Translations under genes and position numbers: made by a program | Shown: positions 61,735-64,000 of the stretch, piece after piece | How the letters are laid out: every line of letters starts with the position of its first letter | Numbering within the stretch: position 1 is the first letter of the stretch | Notes under the pieces: model-generated | Database searches by the model: none | What the model was told of the DNA's origin: nothing | What the model saw: only the letters and a program-made list of their open reading frames with translations | From: Massalongia carnosa | Taxonomy: Eukaryota | Direction: 5' to 3' | Assembly: GCA_965645245.1 (NCBI GenBank) | Contig: OZ287087.1 | Location: 434,001 to 498,000, forward strand | DNA length: 64,000 bases

Positions 61735-64000
61735 ATGCCACCTATTTCAGACCTTGTGCAGGTTTCAAAGCTCGAGACTCAATTCCACTCTGATCCGGAA
61801 TATACGCAACACGTCCAGTACGTTTCTGGAAGTACGGCAAGACAAAGAAAAGTTCGCATGGAGGAAAAATGGATGAGAGAAAGGATGCTAGGAAGCGGCA
61901 GTTTCGGGATCGTCTGGTTAGAGCGGTGTATTCATGGGATCAGTGAAGGGAAAGTACGAGCTGTAAAGAAGGTCCAAAAACTTGAGTCCAGCGATTATTA
62001 CAGAGAATTGGAAGCTATTGCTCTGTTTTCTCACAGCAATGTAAGTCTACTGCTGTTATTTTTTCACAACCTACTTTTCCACACCTTACGCTAACGTCAA
62101 GCTAGTATGAACGATGCTTTGTTAAGTCCTTCGGCTGGTATGATGATAGTGACAGCATATTTATTACTATGGAGTACCTTTCATATGGTGATTTGCATAA
62201 GTACCTCAGTTCACCGCTACCAGAGAAGGAAGGACGGCATATCGTTTTTCAGATCCTCGAAGGCTTACAATTCATGCATGATAAAGGGTTCGCTCACAGA
62301 GATTTAAAGCCAGCTGTAAGCCTAGCTACATGCATCAATATAATCAGAAACTTAGCTAATACTCTAAGTAATACAGAACATACTAGTTGTGGACAAAGGC
62401 CCAGAGTGGTGGGTCAAGATCGCAGACTTTGGAGTCAGCAAGCGGGCAACAGAGGGACTTACAGCATTAAGAACCCAAAGAGGCACACCTGCTTTTATGG
62501 CACCAGAAGTACTTGGCTTTATTCAATTGAACGACGAATCAAATGATTCGTATACAAACGCTGTTGATATCTGGTCTCTAAGTGTTATAACATTCTTCAT
62601 ACTCACCGGCGAGATTCTTTTCAAAGACCCGCGCCGTCTAGGTCAGTATGTTGCGGGCAACTTTAAATTTCCTTTGAATGTCTTGCTTGTAAACAAAGTA
62701 AGCAGACAGGGATGCGACTTCTTAAAAAGCTCAATGGCGTCAAAGTCTGAGGATCGTCCAAGGGCTAATGAATGTTTACAACATTCGTGGTTGGATTTTC
62801 TTATAGAAGACGCGGCTCCTGACACTCCAAGGTATTAATTCTTATAGATGGAGACTGAAAATTATTATAATATCTTATAATAATAATGTTGTAGTGTTGC
62901 TGATATCTTTGCAGAAAAATCAATGTTACAAAGCCAATGTCAACACCGCTAGACTGTTCAGATCCTGAGCCCTCTGCTAGTTGGAGCACTCAAGACTCAA
63001 TTTCGGCCTACGAGACGCATAGCTCTACGGGCGTGCTTACTAAAAAGACTTTGTCTACTTCTAAGGAAGCAGTAGCACCTTCAAAATCAGAACCAGCGAC
63101 TCAAATCTATTGGCATATGGCAAGCATCGTCAAGGGTCATTTGGGTTCTGTTCGGGCGGTGGCATTCTCGCCAGACGGGAAGCAGATCGCGTCCGCATCG
63201 GGGGACACGACGATCAGGCTCTGGGACTCGGCCACGGGGGCTTCGCGCAACATCCTCAAGGGTCATTTGGCTTCTGTTCGGGCGGTGGCATTCTCGCCAG
63301 ACGGGAAGCAGATCGCGTCCGCATCGGGGGACACGACGATCAGGCTCTGGGACTCGGCCACGGGGGCTTCGCGCAACATCCTCAAGGGTCATTCGGGTTA
63401 TGTTCGGGCGGTGGCATTCTCGCCAGACGGGAAGCAGATCGCGTCCGCATCGGGGGACACAACGATCAGGCTCTGGGACTCGGCCACGGGGGCTTCGCGC
63501 AACATCCTCAAGGGTCATTCGGGTGATGTTCGGGCGGTGGCATTCTCGCCAGACGGGAAGCAGATCGCGTCCGCATCGGGGGACACGACGATCAGGCTCT
63601 GGGACTCGGCCACGGGGGCTTCGCGCAACATCCTCAAGGGTCATTCGGATTATGTTCAGGCGGTGGCATTCTCGCCAGACGGGAAGCAGATCGCGTCCGC
63701 ATCGTGGGACAATACGATCAGGCTCTGGGACTCGGCCACGGGGGCTTCGCGCAACATCCTCAAGGGTCATTCGGGTGATGTTGAGGCGGTGGCATTCTCG
63801 CCAGACGGGAAGCAGATCGCGTCCGCATCGAAGGACACAACGATCAGGCTCTGGGACTCGGCCACGGGGGCTTCGCGCAACACCCTCAAGGGTCATTCGG
63901 GTGCAATTTTCGCGGTGGCATTCTCGCCGGACGGGAAGCAGATCGCGTCCGCATCGCGGGACACGACGATCATGCTCTGGGACTCGGCCACGGGCGTGCT
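61735..64000 (+). CDS. Kinase-WD40 copy 3, open to the window edge (at least 7 repeats)
   Basis: Exons 61735-62040, 62106-62315, 62377-62831 and 62915 to the end; all catalytic motifs intact; no stop codon seen. Confidence 0.9.

Overview
Repeat-rich region of a filamentous ascomycete genome (GT-AG introns with CTAAC/CTGAC-type branch sites; fungal transposon families). The only clear host genes form a tandemly amplified unit of about 6.4 kb. It holds a head-to-head pair about 0.53-0.56 kb apart. Gene (i) is an intron-containing Ser/Thr kinase with all catalytic motifs, fused to 7-8 nearly identical 42-aa WD40 repeats whose few variable codons are hypervariable, as in HET-E/HET-D-type fungal NLR sensors, but with no NACHT domain. 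Gene (ii) encodes a 515-aa protein with a hydrophobic N-terminal helix and HeLo-like helical region plus a C-terminal pseudokinase carrying HKN and GFE in place of HRD and DFG, which is the MLKL signature. I infer a candidate fungal sensor-kinase/MLKL-like-executioner cell-death (non-self recognition) module. Unit 1 has an intact kinase and a broken effector. Unit 2 has a kinase with a nonsense codon and no effector. Unit 3 has both genes intact as far as the window reaches. The rest is nested transposons: a tyrosine-recombinase retroelement, Tc1/mariner x3, an integrase-like TIR element, MULE x2, a piggyBac-like element, a Ty3 chromovirus, Ty1/copia x2, many solo LTRs, and two chimeric retrocopies that join the same noncoding RNA module to different LINE 3' ends. 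All calls come from reading the sequence by eye; no database search was run.
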